Shown here piece by piece: positions 53,873 to 64,000 of a stretch of 64,000 nt of DNA. The translations under genes and the position numbers were made by a program. Under the pieces are notes generated by a model. The model made no database searches, was not told the origin of the DNA, and saw nothing but the letters and a program-made list of their open reading frames with translations. This DNA is from Mizuhopecten yessoensis (lineage: Eukaryota), in the NCBI RefSeq assembly GCF_002113885.1, contig NW_018408039.1:100406-164405 (forward strand). The letters run 5' to 3'. Positions within the stretch are counted from its first letter, which is position 1. Every line of letters starts with the position of its first letter.

Positions 53873-56146
53873 ATGAACGGAGATATAAGAAAAGAAATTA
53901 AACGTAGAAACAGGTTAAGGAAACATTTTATCAGAGTTAAAACCCCATTGTCTGAAGCTAAATTTAAACGTGCACGAAATAAAGTAAATAATATGCTGAA
54001 ACATGCAAGAGCACTTTTTTATACAAATGTAGATGGACTTATCAATGATAGTTCAGCTAATCCTAAAGCATACTGGAAACTAATGCGTATGCTTTTAAAA
54101 GGTAACATTTCTACCGATATACCTCCCTTACTTAACCCTACAAATAACCGCTTAACCACAGACGACTATGACAAATCCAATATTCTAAATAACTTCTTTA
54201 AATCTGTTTCTGACCTTGATGACCATAACGACGATACACCCTATTTTGACAACCAAACAGACGCGTCCCTTACTGAAATTGTAATAACAGAACAAGAGGT
54301 TTTAGATATAATCAATATTTTAGACACTAATAAAGCTGCTGGTCCTGACGGCATCAGTCATAAAATGTTAAAAATGGTATCCAATGAAATATCTGCACCC
54401 CTCACACTTCTATTCAACGAATCCTTTCGTACTTCTGTATTTCCTGATTCATGGAAACTTGCCCATGTGACACCTATTTTCAAAAAGGGGGAATCTGAAT
54501 TGGCAAATAACTACAGACCCATTTCCTTACTTAGCTGCATTGGCAAACTTTTCGAACGAATAATTCATAAGTTCATCTATAACTATCTCTTCAGCAACAA
54601 ACTTCTATATACTTTACAGTCTGGCTTCTTACCAAATCACTCTACAACTCACCAACTCATCGAACTCTATCATAGCATACTTACAGCACTGGAGAATCGT
54701 GAATATGCTGCTCTTGTTTTTTGTGACTTTTCTAAAGCTTTTGACTACTGGCACAAAGGTCTATTAATTAAATTAGAAAAATACGGGATAAAAGGCAAAC
54801 TTTTAGATTGGATTAAAAACTACTTAAGTAACAGACGCCAGTCAGTGGTACTAAAAAATGCTATATCTTCTGAAGTATCTATCAAAGCCGGAGTTCCTCA
54901 AGGTTCAGTGTTAGGGCCACTTCTTTTTCTTGTATACATCAACGATATCTCAAATACATTACTATCAATGACTAGACTTTTTGCTGACGACACCGCATTA
55001 GCATACTCTTCGAAAAATTTACACGATATAAAACAAATTATAAACTACGACATGGAACAATTAAACCTTTGGTCAAATAAATGGTTAATGAATTTCAACC
55101 CAAATAAAACCGAAATTCTCTTAATTTCCAACACAAATATACCTTCTAACCCACAATTTCTTTTCGACAACACACCTATCCCTATTGTTAAAAACCACAA
55201 ACACCTAGGAGTCATTATTAGTAACAACGGCACATGGAACTCTCACATCGAACATATACTAACAAACACTACAAAGTACATTGCAACTTTAAGGAAATTA
55301 AAATACATCCTAAATAGAAAAAACTTGGAAAAAATATACCTTGTTTTTATAAGACCACTATTTGAATATGCCTGCGAAGTATGGGACAATTGTAATATCA
55401 CATTTTCGAATAAATTAGAGAACATGCAGTATGAAGCAGGTCGAATAATAACTGGATTACCTATTTATACAAAAAAAGAATTTATTTACAGAGAGCTCGG
55501 ATGGAAATCATTGATAGATAGACGCAGGATTAGAAAATTATCCATGTTTTATAATATTTATCATGATAATGCTCCCTCATTTCTTAAATCTCTTCTACCA
55601 CCTATTGTGTCAAACTTCTCTAACTATAATCTTAGAAACAGGAATAACTTTCAGAACCCATACTATAGACTGCAAATCACAAAATCATCCTTCATACCAA
55701 GTACTTCAGACTACTGGAACAATCTATCTATAGAAACAAAGTCATCAGCATCCATTAAACAATTTAAATCTCTTATTCAGCCCCAAGTCACTACCCCTTC
55801 TTATATTAAATGTTTTCTTGAATATGGGTCCAGAAAAGTAAATATTATACATTGCCAATTACGAAACCGCAGTAGCTCTTTAAATTACGACCTTTTTAAA
55901 GCCCACCTTCGAGACAACTCTACTTGCGACTGCGGAAATGACTCGGAAGACTCTTCCCATTTCTTACTAAATTGTAAAAAATTTGATCAATCCCGTAATA
56001 TAATGCTCCAATCCCTCGATTGGTATAACGAGATCACTGTTGAACACCTTCTCTTCGGAGATGCAAACCTTGACTACAATCTAAACATTCAAATTTGTAG
56101 GTCTGTACAACTGTTCATTTTAAGCTCCAAACGGTTTAACATGTAA
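53873..56146 (+). CDS. LINE ORF2 reverse transcriptase (AP endonuclease absent) with C-terminal CxC-x7-H-x4-C motif
   Basis: Motifs KAAGPDGI, WKLAHVTPIFKKG, NYRPISLL, QSGF, DFSKAFD, GVPQGSVLGPLLFLVYIND, LFADDT, HKHLGV, RPLFEYACEVWD, CDCGNDSEDSSHFLLNC. Confidence 0.95.
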   Translation: MNGDIRKEIKRRNRLRKHFIRVKTPLSEAKFKRARNKVNNMLKHARALFYTNVDGLINDSSANPKAYWKLMRMLLKGNISTDIPPLLNPTNNRLTTDDYDKSNILNNFFKSVSDLDDHNDDTPYFDNQTDASLTEIVITEQEVLDIINILDTNKAAGPDGISHKMLKMVSNEISAPLTLLFNESFRTSVFPDSWKLAHVTPIFKKGESELANNYRPISLLSCIGKLFERIIHKFIYNYLFSNKLLYTLQSGFLPNHSTTHQLIELYHSILTALENREYAALVFCDFSKAFDYWHKGLLIKLEKYGIKGKLLDWIKNYLSNRRQSVVLKNAISSEVSIKAGVPQGSVLGPLLFLVYINDISNTLLSMTRLFADDTALAYSSKNLHDIKQIINYDMEQLNLWSNKWLMNFNPNKTEILLISNTNIPSNPQFLFDNTPIPIVKNHKHLGVIISNNGTWNSHIEHILTNTTKYIATLRKLKYILNRKNLEKIYLVFIRPLFEYACEVWDNCNITFSNKLENMQYEAGRIITGLPIYTKKEFIYRELGWKSLIDRRRIRKLSMFYNIYHDNAPSFLKSLLPPIVSNFSNYNLRNRNNFQNPYYRLQITKSSFIPSTSDYWNNLSIETKSSASIKQFKSLIQPQVTTPSYIKCFLEYGSRKVNIIHCQLRNRSSSLNYDLFKAHLRDNSTCDCGNDSEDSSHFLLNCKKFDQSRNIMLQSLDWYNEITVEHLLFGDANLDYNLNIQICRSVQLFILSSKRFNM

Positions 56147-56775
56147 TACCCAATAGTCTTATTGAATAACCAGGATACCTATTTCGACTATTCTCATCTG
56201 TCTCTCCCCTCCACCTCCTCTCTTATTCCAGCCCCTCTCCCTTTTTCCAACACCAACGATCTCTGTGTACTAACTTCAATCTTAGCGTCCATCAATATCA
56301 TAACCGTTTCCATATGACAAAGAGTGCGTGTTCGGTTTTCCTAATCTAGTCGGCTAAGTATGTAAGGCAGGAATTCACAAAAGGACTTGGAGTGACACAG
56401 GAGAAAGGCAAATGCGGCACGGAATGTGATTGAACTTTAGAAAAGCAGAAGGACATGTATGTATAGATTAGTTATACTGCTTACGCCGACTTGATTGGGA
56501 AAATCACACACGCGATCTCAAGTAAACTCTCCGAATACATATTTAAAAACTATACGTTGGTGTCCCTAATCCTATCATTACCTCTTTTGCTGTTACCCAT
56601 CTTTAACATCTTATATATATATACATATATGAATTGTATTAGGTTATTACGTGACTCATTAATTTTGTATATATATTTTCTGTTACGGAAAGGACGTAAG
56701 TAAGTTGCAATAACTTTTGTCCAATCCATTTGTCTTTTGTTGCAATAAAATTGATTTAAACTAAAAGTCTGCATC

Positions 56776-56897
56776 AGTTCCGCGCTATCACAAGGAGACA
56801 AACACGAACATATCGCAGACTCCCAAAACACACGCTCATACACTACATGCATGCATCTTGTACACCTTAAATGACCAAAGCTGTTGATAGGGCGACC
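56776..56897 (+). mobile_element. Meta-type SINE, 3' half
   Basis: agttccgcgctatcacaaggag..ccttaaatgaccaaagctgttgatagggcg continues the SINE as in the copy at 44900-45145. Confidence 0.8.
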
Positions 56898-57733
56898 CAA
56901 CGTATCTGCACTCAATTGCAATCTAGTGTTAAACAAGGAGGCCTTTGCCGATACGTAGTACCATTGATAAAATGTTTCTGTAGATTTTTCTTTATACGAA
57001 CGGTGACAAAAGAAAAGGAATCTATAAGTTTGGGCCTAAAAAGTAAAACGACTTCTGAGGTAAGCGCTGAACGCGTTTGTAGTATCACATCGAACATAGA
57101 GTCCATATTTAATTGCTGATGGATGTTCGTAAGGCGAAAAGGGTAGTAGACACGCCTTTCACCAGGTTGCGTTTCCGTGAAAAGATCACCTGCTCGTTGT
57201 TTTGTCTTTTATACAAATCACTTATACAAAAGTATTTATGCATTAGTTTCGTAAACCCACTTCATATCGACTGATTTTCTCAACATTTGTCAAATCTTTT
57301 ATCTAATGAATTTAAAGATGTACAATGTACCACCTACGATGCTATCATGTCATGGCATTCATAGCCGATATGAATCTCAACTGAAGTCGGTAGGACATAT
57401 ATGGTGGTATAGCAACGCAATAGTTAATGTATTCATATGTATATTGTAATTGGGGTTTGTAGCATTTAATTTTATTAGATAAAAATATATCAAATATAAA
57501 ATACATATCTTCTTTTTTTTCTCTTGCAATTAATTTCAAATGATATACACGATGTATAATAATTAATATTTCTAAATACAGCGTTTCAAACGATCCAATC
57601 AGTGTGTTTTAACAAAACATTTAAAGCGTAAACAAGTACTTTCTGAAGACATATTTTGTGATAAGGTTGTTGTTGTTTACGCCCTAGTTGTTGACCTTCG
57701 TTAAAACAATTACGTAGATACAATACTGACTTA

Positions 57734-57750
57734 TGCGCCATCTGGTGTCC
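57734..57750 (-). promoter_or_regulatory. CTCF-like motif
   Basis: Minus strand GGACACCAGATGGCGCA. Confidence 0.3.
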
Positions 57751-58088
57751 AAAACATATCGGAATTACAGGACTGGGATTGACATTGACCAAGTTAACAC
57801 TGTTACGTAACCCGTGTTAGGCCAACAATAGTATCCTTATTCTAATAATCCGCGAAAAGAGGTCGTAACATTACATGAAATAAGTCCTTATCCGAGAAAA
57901 AAGGAGACATAATGTAACCTATACGTTTAGCACGTGTACCATATCGGGAGAAAAACTGTGAACACTGTCTTGTCGCTAGGTTTACATTTTTACATCGTGG
58001 CCTGTGTTAATTTTTCCAAAAAGCAAGGCATTTTAACAATCACTTAATACTTGATATACACACATCTATCATGAATTATATTATAGTA

Positions 58089-58578
58089 CAGTATAGCCTG
58101 TCTAAACCGGCTCCTGTTTGATCCGGATCCCTGTCTATACCGTCTTTGATTTGTGGTCTAGACATATTCCCTATATAATCACAGAAGTTCAACCCTGTAT
58201 AAACCGGACCCTGTCCATTCCGAAAACCGGCTTTGTTTCATAAAAGTTGGCATAGTAATCCGTCTAAATTCCGGTCCTTAAATTTCTCTCGGCCGGCTAC
58301 AATCTAAAGCAAACGCATTCTAAACAAAAAGGCGCTGTCAAATGTAGGATCGGGCTTCATTTGTATTATATTCTGGTTATTTTGTAAATAATTAAACGTT
58401 GTAATTGATTCATTTCTTTGTTGTTTATATTGACACACTTAAATACAGATCGTATGCAAAACACTACATTTTTGTATTTTCAAAAAAATGACATGCCGAC
58501 CCTATATATACCAGACACCTGTGTAAATCGGCCAAATAGTTTGGTCCCAGTGACATCCGGTTAAGACAGGTTTTACCG
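58089..58578. mobile_element. Tc1/mariner (pogo/Tigger-like) MITE with TA TSD
   Basis: ta|cagtatagcctgtctaaaccgg ... ccggttaagacaggttttaccg|ta; internal cctgt.ta.accgg repeats. Confidence 0.85.
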
Positions 58579-59015
58579 TATATATAAGCCGTTATTCTCT
58601 ACAGTTGTTACTGTATTTAAGAAAAACTAATATGGACTTCACTAGGTTTTGTCTGTTTACGGACAGGAATTAATTCTTTAACGTTTTTCCATTAACCCAA
58701 AATCTAGAATATTTGTTATTCATGTAACACACTTAGATACAGATCGTATGCAAAACACTACATTTTGTATTTAAAAAAAATGACATGCCGACCCTAAATA
58801 TACCGGACACCTGTGTAAATCGGCCAAATAGTTTGGTCCCGGTGACATCCGGTTTAGACAGTTTTTACTGTATATATAAGCCATTATTCTCTACAGTTGT
58901 TACCATATTTAAGAAAAACTGATATGGACTTCACTATTTTTTGTCTGTTTACGGACAGGAATCCTTCAACTTTTTTTCATTAACCCAAAAACTAAAATAT
59001 TTGTTATTCATGCAA
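58433..59015. repeat. ~293-bp tandem duplication spanning the MITE right end and its flank
   Basis: acacactta.atacagatcgtatgcaaaacactac at 58433 and 58727; second right TIR ends at 58870. Confidence 0.93.
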
Positions 59016-59893
59016 CCAAATAATGTATCGCTGTGATAATGCAAGAAGACGAGGAAGAAAGATATAGAATCCGTGTTAAATTGCAGTAGTTTAACGTTGT
59101 TTGTTTTCTGCTGTTTTACAAAAGCAGACAGTAAATATAAACGCACGCGCAGTGTATATAGCACGAGCAGCTGGCGACATCTCTACCTGTAACAGATCAT
59201 GCCATTGATCGAGTGCTTTCCCTGGTATACATGTACTTTTCTCCTAATATTGTTTTTTTTTGTTGTTGTGTAATTTGATATGAAAAGATATGTTATATAG
59301 ATTTCATGAAGGTTATCGGGAACATATTTATAGCCAATAGATAACGACTACATTAAAAGCTCTGTGCTCTTTGGCACACAGGTAAACTTGCAACTGACTT
59401 ATAATTAGGTTCGAACCCTGTCGCCATGATCATTTTAACAACCACCTGTACAAAATGTACTTACAGCAACCAGTGACATTATTCACAAAATTTAATGTTT
59501 TCTTTCGGTGTTATCTTTACCTGGTATTTGGAATAAAAATAACTTCGTGTTAGAATGTGAGTGACATGTTACAAAATGTATCAACCAATATTCAGACAGT
59601 TCATTCATAAGGCAAAAGGAATTGGTTTTTATCAATGGCTGGTATAACATGAGATTTTGCTTACATTGCTACAGTACTGTACATAACAGTCCTGTTTTAT
59701 CACAACAACGATGTAATAAGATTTACAGGACAAATCCAAACGAAGTATTATAAGAGGCAACCTTTCTCAGGAAAATGAAACATTGGTAATAGTCGATAAG
59801 TTGCGCAAAAATGTTGAACCTTCACTTAGAAAATAAACATTGAACCTGCTTTGAAAAAAGGTAAAACATAGTAAATAATTATACCCGCCCTAC

Positions 59894-60323
59894 CTCTGGG
59901 GCCGTTGGATGAGTTGTGACACGGCATGTCGATAGGGTTCCCAGGTGAAGAGGTTAAATTCCACAAGTCCGATGGGAAGCTGGAGTTAAATGTCCACAAG
60001 TTCAAAGCACTGTGTTCAGAAGTGGTTAAGTTCACATACAGGGACTCCAGAAGACTTGATTTCAATAAATCCGACGCACTCAATTTTTCATCACCATCTA
60101 CTGTACCAATGGCCTTCAACGAGCGACCGGGAACCCTATTGGTTCCGCCGTCATTGAAGACATGATATTTTCTACGGCACGCGGTCGCGCGCGATCTCAA
60201 ATAACCTGTGAAAACGACGGAAACTCCAGCTATAATGGTTAAGGCAGTCACGCTTACAACCAGAGCGCGACAACGGTATACCGCTCGCGCACTATACGTT
60301 TTGTATTGACCGATAACACGCAT
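59894..60323 (-). CDS. Probable first coding exon of a type II membrane protein (Golgi glycosyl/sulfotransferase-like architecture)
   Basis: Upstream acceptor tttgtaatttAG, then aaacATG; basic N-tail; hydrophobic anchor ALVVSVTALTIIAGVSVVFTGYL; Ser-rich stem with four N-x-S/T sequons; donor AG|GTAGGG at 59893 (alternative G|GTATAA at 59884), both phase 1; GC-richer than flanks. Confidence 0.65.
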
Positions 60324-62454
60324 GTTTCTCTTTTTTCTAAATTACAAATTAACGCCACGTGGTATTCTGAGCTTCCAATGAAATGCTTTTATTTAATCAC
60401 AGCGCATTACGATTTAACTTTGTAATTGACTTCAGGTATACATGTTTACCTTCACATTTCTCTAATAATACACAGCCAGTTTTATCAACAATGGTTATCA
60501 ATTAATCCAAATCGATTGTTGACGGGAATGAATGGTATTAACTGGTACGTAGGTCAATTTAGTTTGTTGCTTTGTCAGTTTGCAGAAGAAAAAAATCACT
60601 GACAATCACATCGATGTTTATGCTGACATCTTGTACCACAAATAACGTAAAATCACATTCTCCGAGCAACGATTAAATGTTACTGACTTGTTCCTGTCTT
60701 GTTTGTCCAAATATAGATTTACGTTATATAATTCTTCAACGGCACATTTGGTTATGACAAGTACTCGCAGATGTCATAGACTGTCCGTGATAACCCAGTA
60801 TATACGATTCTAATTAATACGAAGGCTACCAGGTAAATAGCTTACTAATATCCCCTTTGTTGGGGACCTACTAGTACAGGTAACTATTCCTTGTATGTAA
60901 GTACATGTATATATCACACACACCGTATTATTCACATGGGTTTAGGAAAAATCAAGTTTTTTCTTGCGCATTATTTTAACCCTTGTTCTATTTAAAAGCA
61001 CAATCGCTCCTTGTTGGCTTGTTCAAATATACAAGTTAATAGTTATATATTTACACGTTTGTAAAGCATCCACAGATTGATCACGTGATATTTCACGCAC
61101 GCAATCAAATCGTCCGAAGCTGTTTCTCACTTTTTTACAATGGTTTTCTGTTTGTAGACAAGGCTTTCCTTTCAACTTCATTGTTTGACTAGATCAGTGG
61201 TGAACGGAGTCTCAAAATCCTATATACATTTTGTATCGTTGTTAGTAAACATGATTTATAAACATCAATAATCCTCTGATTCACAAGCTAACAAGATTCG
61301 ATACACAGTTCTTGTGTACTAAACGCAGAAAAAAAAATCAAACAAGTGACATATACGTCTCTGATTTAACCGACGTTTTACCGTTTCCAGATATTCGGTC
61401 TACTATTTACAGAAAAAAAATCAAAAATTAGTTCCAGTAATCTGACATTCGTGAACTCCGAGCAGAAATTTTAACGCCATATCCGTGTGAATCAAAGCTA
61501 CATGATAAGCGAGTTTTTAATCTGTTGTGAAATTTTGTCTGTTGTTCCGATGTATTTAGTATATTTGTCCACGCGAACGTTGGTCAGTTCTGTCTCATCA
61601 TCGGAAAGTCTTCGGACAATCATTGGTCATCGGCTTGACCAAGACTGGACATTCATATCACCGACCAGACTACATAACGATGTCGCTAATTGTAATTCAT
61701 GATTGGGATGGGTAGCATGGCTTCTGTCTCCTTTCAGCAATTCAGCACAAATCAATGTTGCCAGCGTTCAGTAACATCTCTTGTGTATATATGCTGATAC
61801 GTAAACACACAATACATTTTTTTAAAAGTTTTTAAGGTTTTAAAAGATGACCATTTTTGATAGCTCAAAGATCAAGAACGTAAATCATGAGAAAAAATTG
61901 ATTTGATTTGTTGCGAAATAACCTAGCGCAAGAGCTCGCCAAAATATATATTGTTATAACAATGCGACGGACGGCGGACTTCAAAATGCGAAAAACTCCA
62001 AGTGTGATAAAAGGATGTACTGTCCAGGCGTCTTTATGAGACAACAGTTGTCACTCGGGAGAAGGATCCAGAGGATGGTCTTCGGGAGATAAAACAGTTT
62101 TAGAACGAATTAGAAATCTAGGATATTCCAACGCAAAGCTGATAATCAACGTTGCCCAACATTATGACGACAGACGCGTGTTAGGAAGGGCAGTGTTACC
62201 GGCGAGATATCTTCATGAGCCCATGTTGAGTTAAGATATTGTGTATGGACTGGTCTATACAAATCGTATTGATTTTGTCACAACATGAATACAGACAAGC
62301 TGTCTATGTCTGTCAAACTCATTGATCCGCCTTTCGAGGTAATTACGCCTTCCCTGTTGCTAAGGACAAGATCATACGCTGTTGGACACCCAGAATGCGT
62401 CACGCCCACACTATGAACGTGGCCAATCTATTGAAAACCACGTCATTTTTTGTT

Positions 62455-63571
62455 TGTTAACTATATCCCATGTCCTTCCCGTCCCGTTCCGTCCCATCCC
62501 CGTTCCCATTCCGTCCCGTCCCGTCCTGTCCAGTACGGGGAAGTTCGTAGTTGCTATTTTTAAATCAACCACAGGACATTCACGTGTTACAGTATTAGCA
62601 AGCTTACCAATATAATATCGTATTGCCAATATACTGTTTTGTTCGCTCTTTAATTGAAATCCAGTTTTCGTACAAAATTTAATGCTTATGAATTGATTCC
62701 CTCTTACGGCACAATTTCTTCCCCCGACAGGATTTCGCACCCGGGTGAAAAATCGTGCTAATATCGCTGCGTTCGCAACACGATCTCTCAAAATACGAAA
62801 CTACTTCCGCAGGAAACCTTGTTTCAAACAAAACAAATATACCAAGAGTCTCCATCGGATATTTACACTTTTCTCCGATANGACCCGTCCCCGTCCCGTC
62901 TTGTCCTGACGTCCCTCCATACCCGTCCCGTCGAAAACACATTTTCATGAATCAACCGACCTCATTTCTACAAAGGTCAAGTACGGGGAAGTTCGTAGTT
63001 GCTATTTTTAAATCAACCACAGGACATTCACGTGTTACAGTATTAGCAAGCTTACCAATATAATATCGTATTGCCTATATACTGTTTTGTTCGCTCTTTA
63101 ATTGAAATCCAGTTTTCGTACAAAATTTAATGCTTATGAATTGATTCCCTCTTACGGCACAATTTCTTCCCCCGACAGGATTTCGCACCCGGGTGAAAAA
63201 TCGTGCTAATATCGCTGCGTTCGCAACACGATCTCTCAAAATACGAAACTACTTCCGCAGGAAACCTTGTTTCAAACAAAACAAATATACCAAGAGTCTC
63301 CATCGGATATTTACACTTTTCACCGATACAGATGGAGTAACAAAAATTACTGGTGATATATTTCGTGCCATTTCTATTCCTTTCAAAAATCGCCTAGGAA
63401 TACTCAGAAAGAATGGAAATGGGTCGTAAACCAATTAACCAACCGCTGAACGGGTGACGTCCCTTCGATATACTAAGCGAGATAACTCTTACAAAAGTAT
63501 TTTGCTATGATTCAGGTGACGTTACGCTGTTTCAGGGATATCCCTTGCTCTGACGATGCAAAGGCTCGTTT
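62455..63571 (+). mobile_element. HINE-like element, partly duplicated across an assembly gap
   Basis: 5' atatccc followed by (ccgtc)n; 3' gggatat, hairpin ccttgc..gcaaagg and ctcgttt. Confidence 0.55.
62532..63328. repeat. Near-identical 349-bp duplicate flanking the N at 62881 (probable assembly or haplotype artefact)
   Basis: 62532-62880 matches 62980-63328 with two substitutions seen; the first copy ends exactly at the N. Confidence 0.9.
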
Positions 63572-63829
63572 CATATGAAATTAATATACTCGTTCAATAA
63601 ATTTAATATAACATGAACACTCGTGCTAGATCCTCTATTTATTATACGAATATTTATACTATAAACATACGTATATATATATATATATAACGCATCGATT
63701 ATAACACCATTCCGTTCATACCGAAACGAATGTTAAAAAAATATCGATCAACTCGACTGTGAAAGCTGATAGAAGATTTGATCTAGTTCGAATTGTAAAT
63801 ATTGTTATATAACATACAGCACCCGCTAA

Positions 63830-63926
63830 CAATGATAAAAATAATAATTATAATAATTCGAGGTTCTTATATACCGCTTTATCACAAACCTAGTCTGTAG
63901 GTCTTCTCAAAGCGTTTAACAAATTT
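63830..63926 (-). mobile_element. CORE-SINE 3' fragment
   Basis: aataattcgaggttcttatataccgctttatcacaa..tctcaaagcg. Confidence 0.85.
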
Positions 63927-64000
63927 AGGTGGACTCAAGATTTTATCCACGTCCGACTGATGAGATCTATATCATCTATATACCTGTGTAGTAAGACGAG

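Larger units (their letters stand above)
53667..56763 (+). mobile_element. 5'-truncated non-LTR retrotransposon, CR1/CR1-Zenon-like, with 12-bp TSD
   Basis: TSD aaagtctgcatc at 53655-53666 and 56764-56775; RT ORF; 3' stem aagtt-gcaat-aactt, aataaa and tttaaacta end. Confidence 0.92.

Noticed and set aside
59466-59521. Minus-strand exon-like segment next to the type II exon
   Set aside because: Good AG and GTAAGT boundaries but stops in all three frames.
62382-63434. Several overlapping ORFs
   Set aside because: They derive from the (ccgtc)n microsatellite and the duplicated HINE-like sequence across an N gap.

Overview
AT-rich eukaryotic DNA, almost entirely intronic or intergenic. The repeat types (CORE-, V- and Meta-domain tRNA SINEs, a CR1/Zenon-like LINE, Helentron-associated HINE elements, TA-target MITEs) suggest a bivalve mollusc, possibly a scallop; this is an inference from repeat style. 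There are no prokaryotic genes, rRNA or CRISPR arrays. The only long ORF (53873-56146) is the reverse transcriptase of a 5'-truncated LINE, inserted with a 12-bp TSD into the middle of a Meta-type SINE. One likely host exon (minus strand, 59894-60323) encodes the N-terminus of a type II membrane protein; I could not establish the rest of that gene. The window also holds three satellite arrays (74, 74 and 39 bp), several local duplications and many SINE/MITE/HINE copies. The most unusual signal is a set of long hairpins with unrelated arm sequences that share TC-opposite-TC mismatches at symmetric positions, suggesting recombinase-type sites. Other points of interest are a structured LINE 3' UTR, a LINE/SINE shared tail, a tRNA-bearing solo-LTR-like element and a pair of CTCF-like sites. 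Most short ORFs in the supplied track look spurious.
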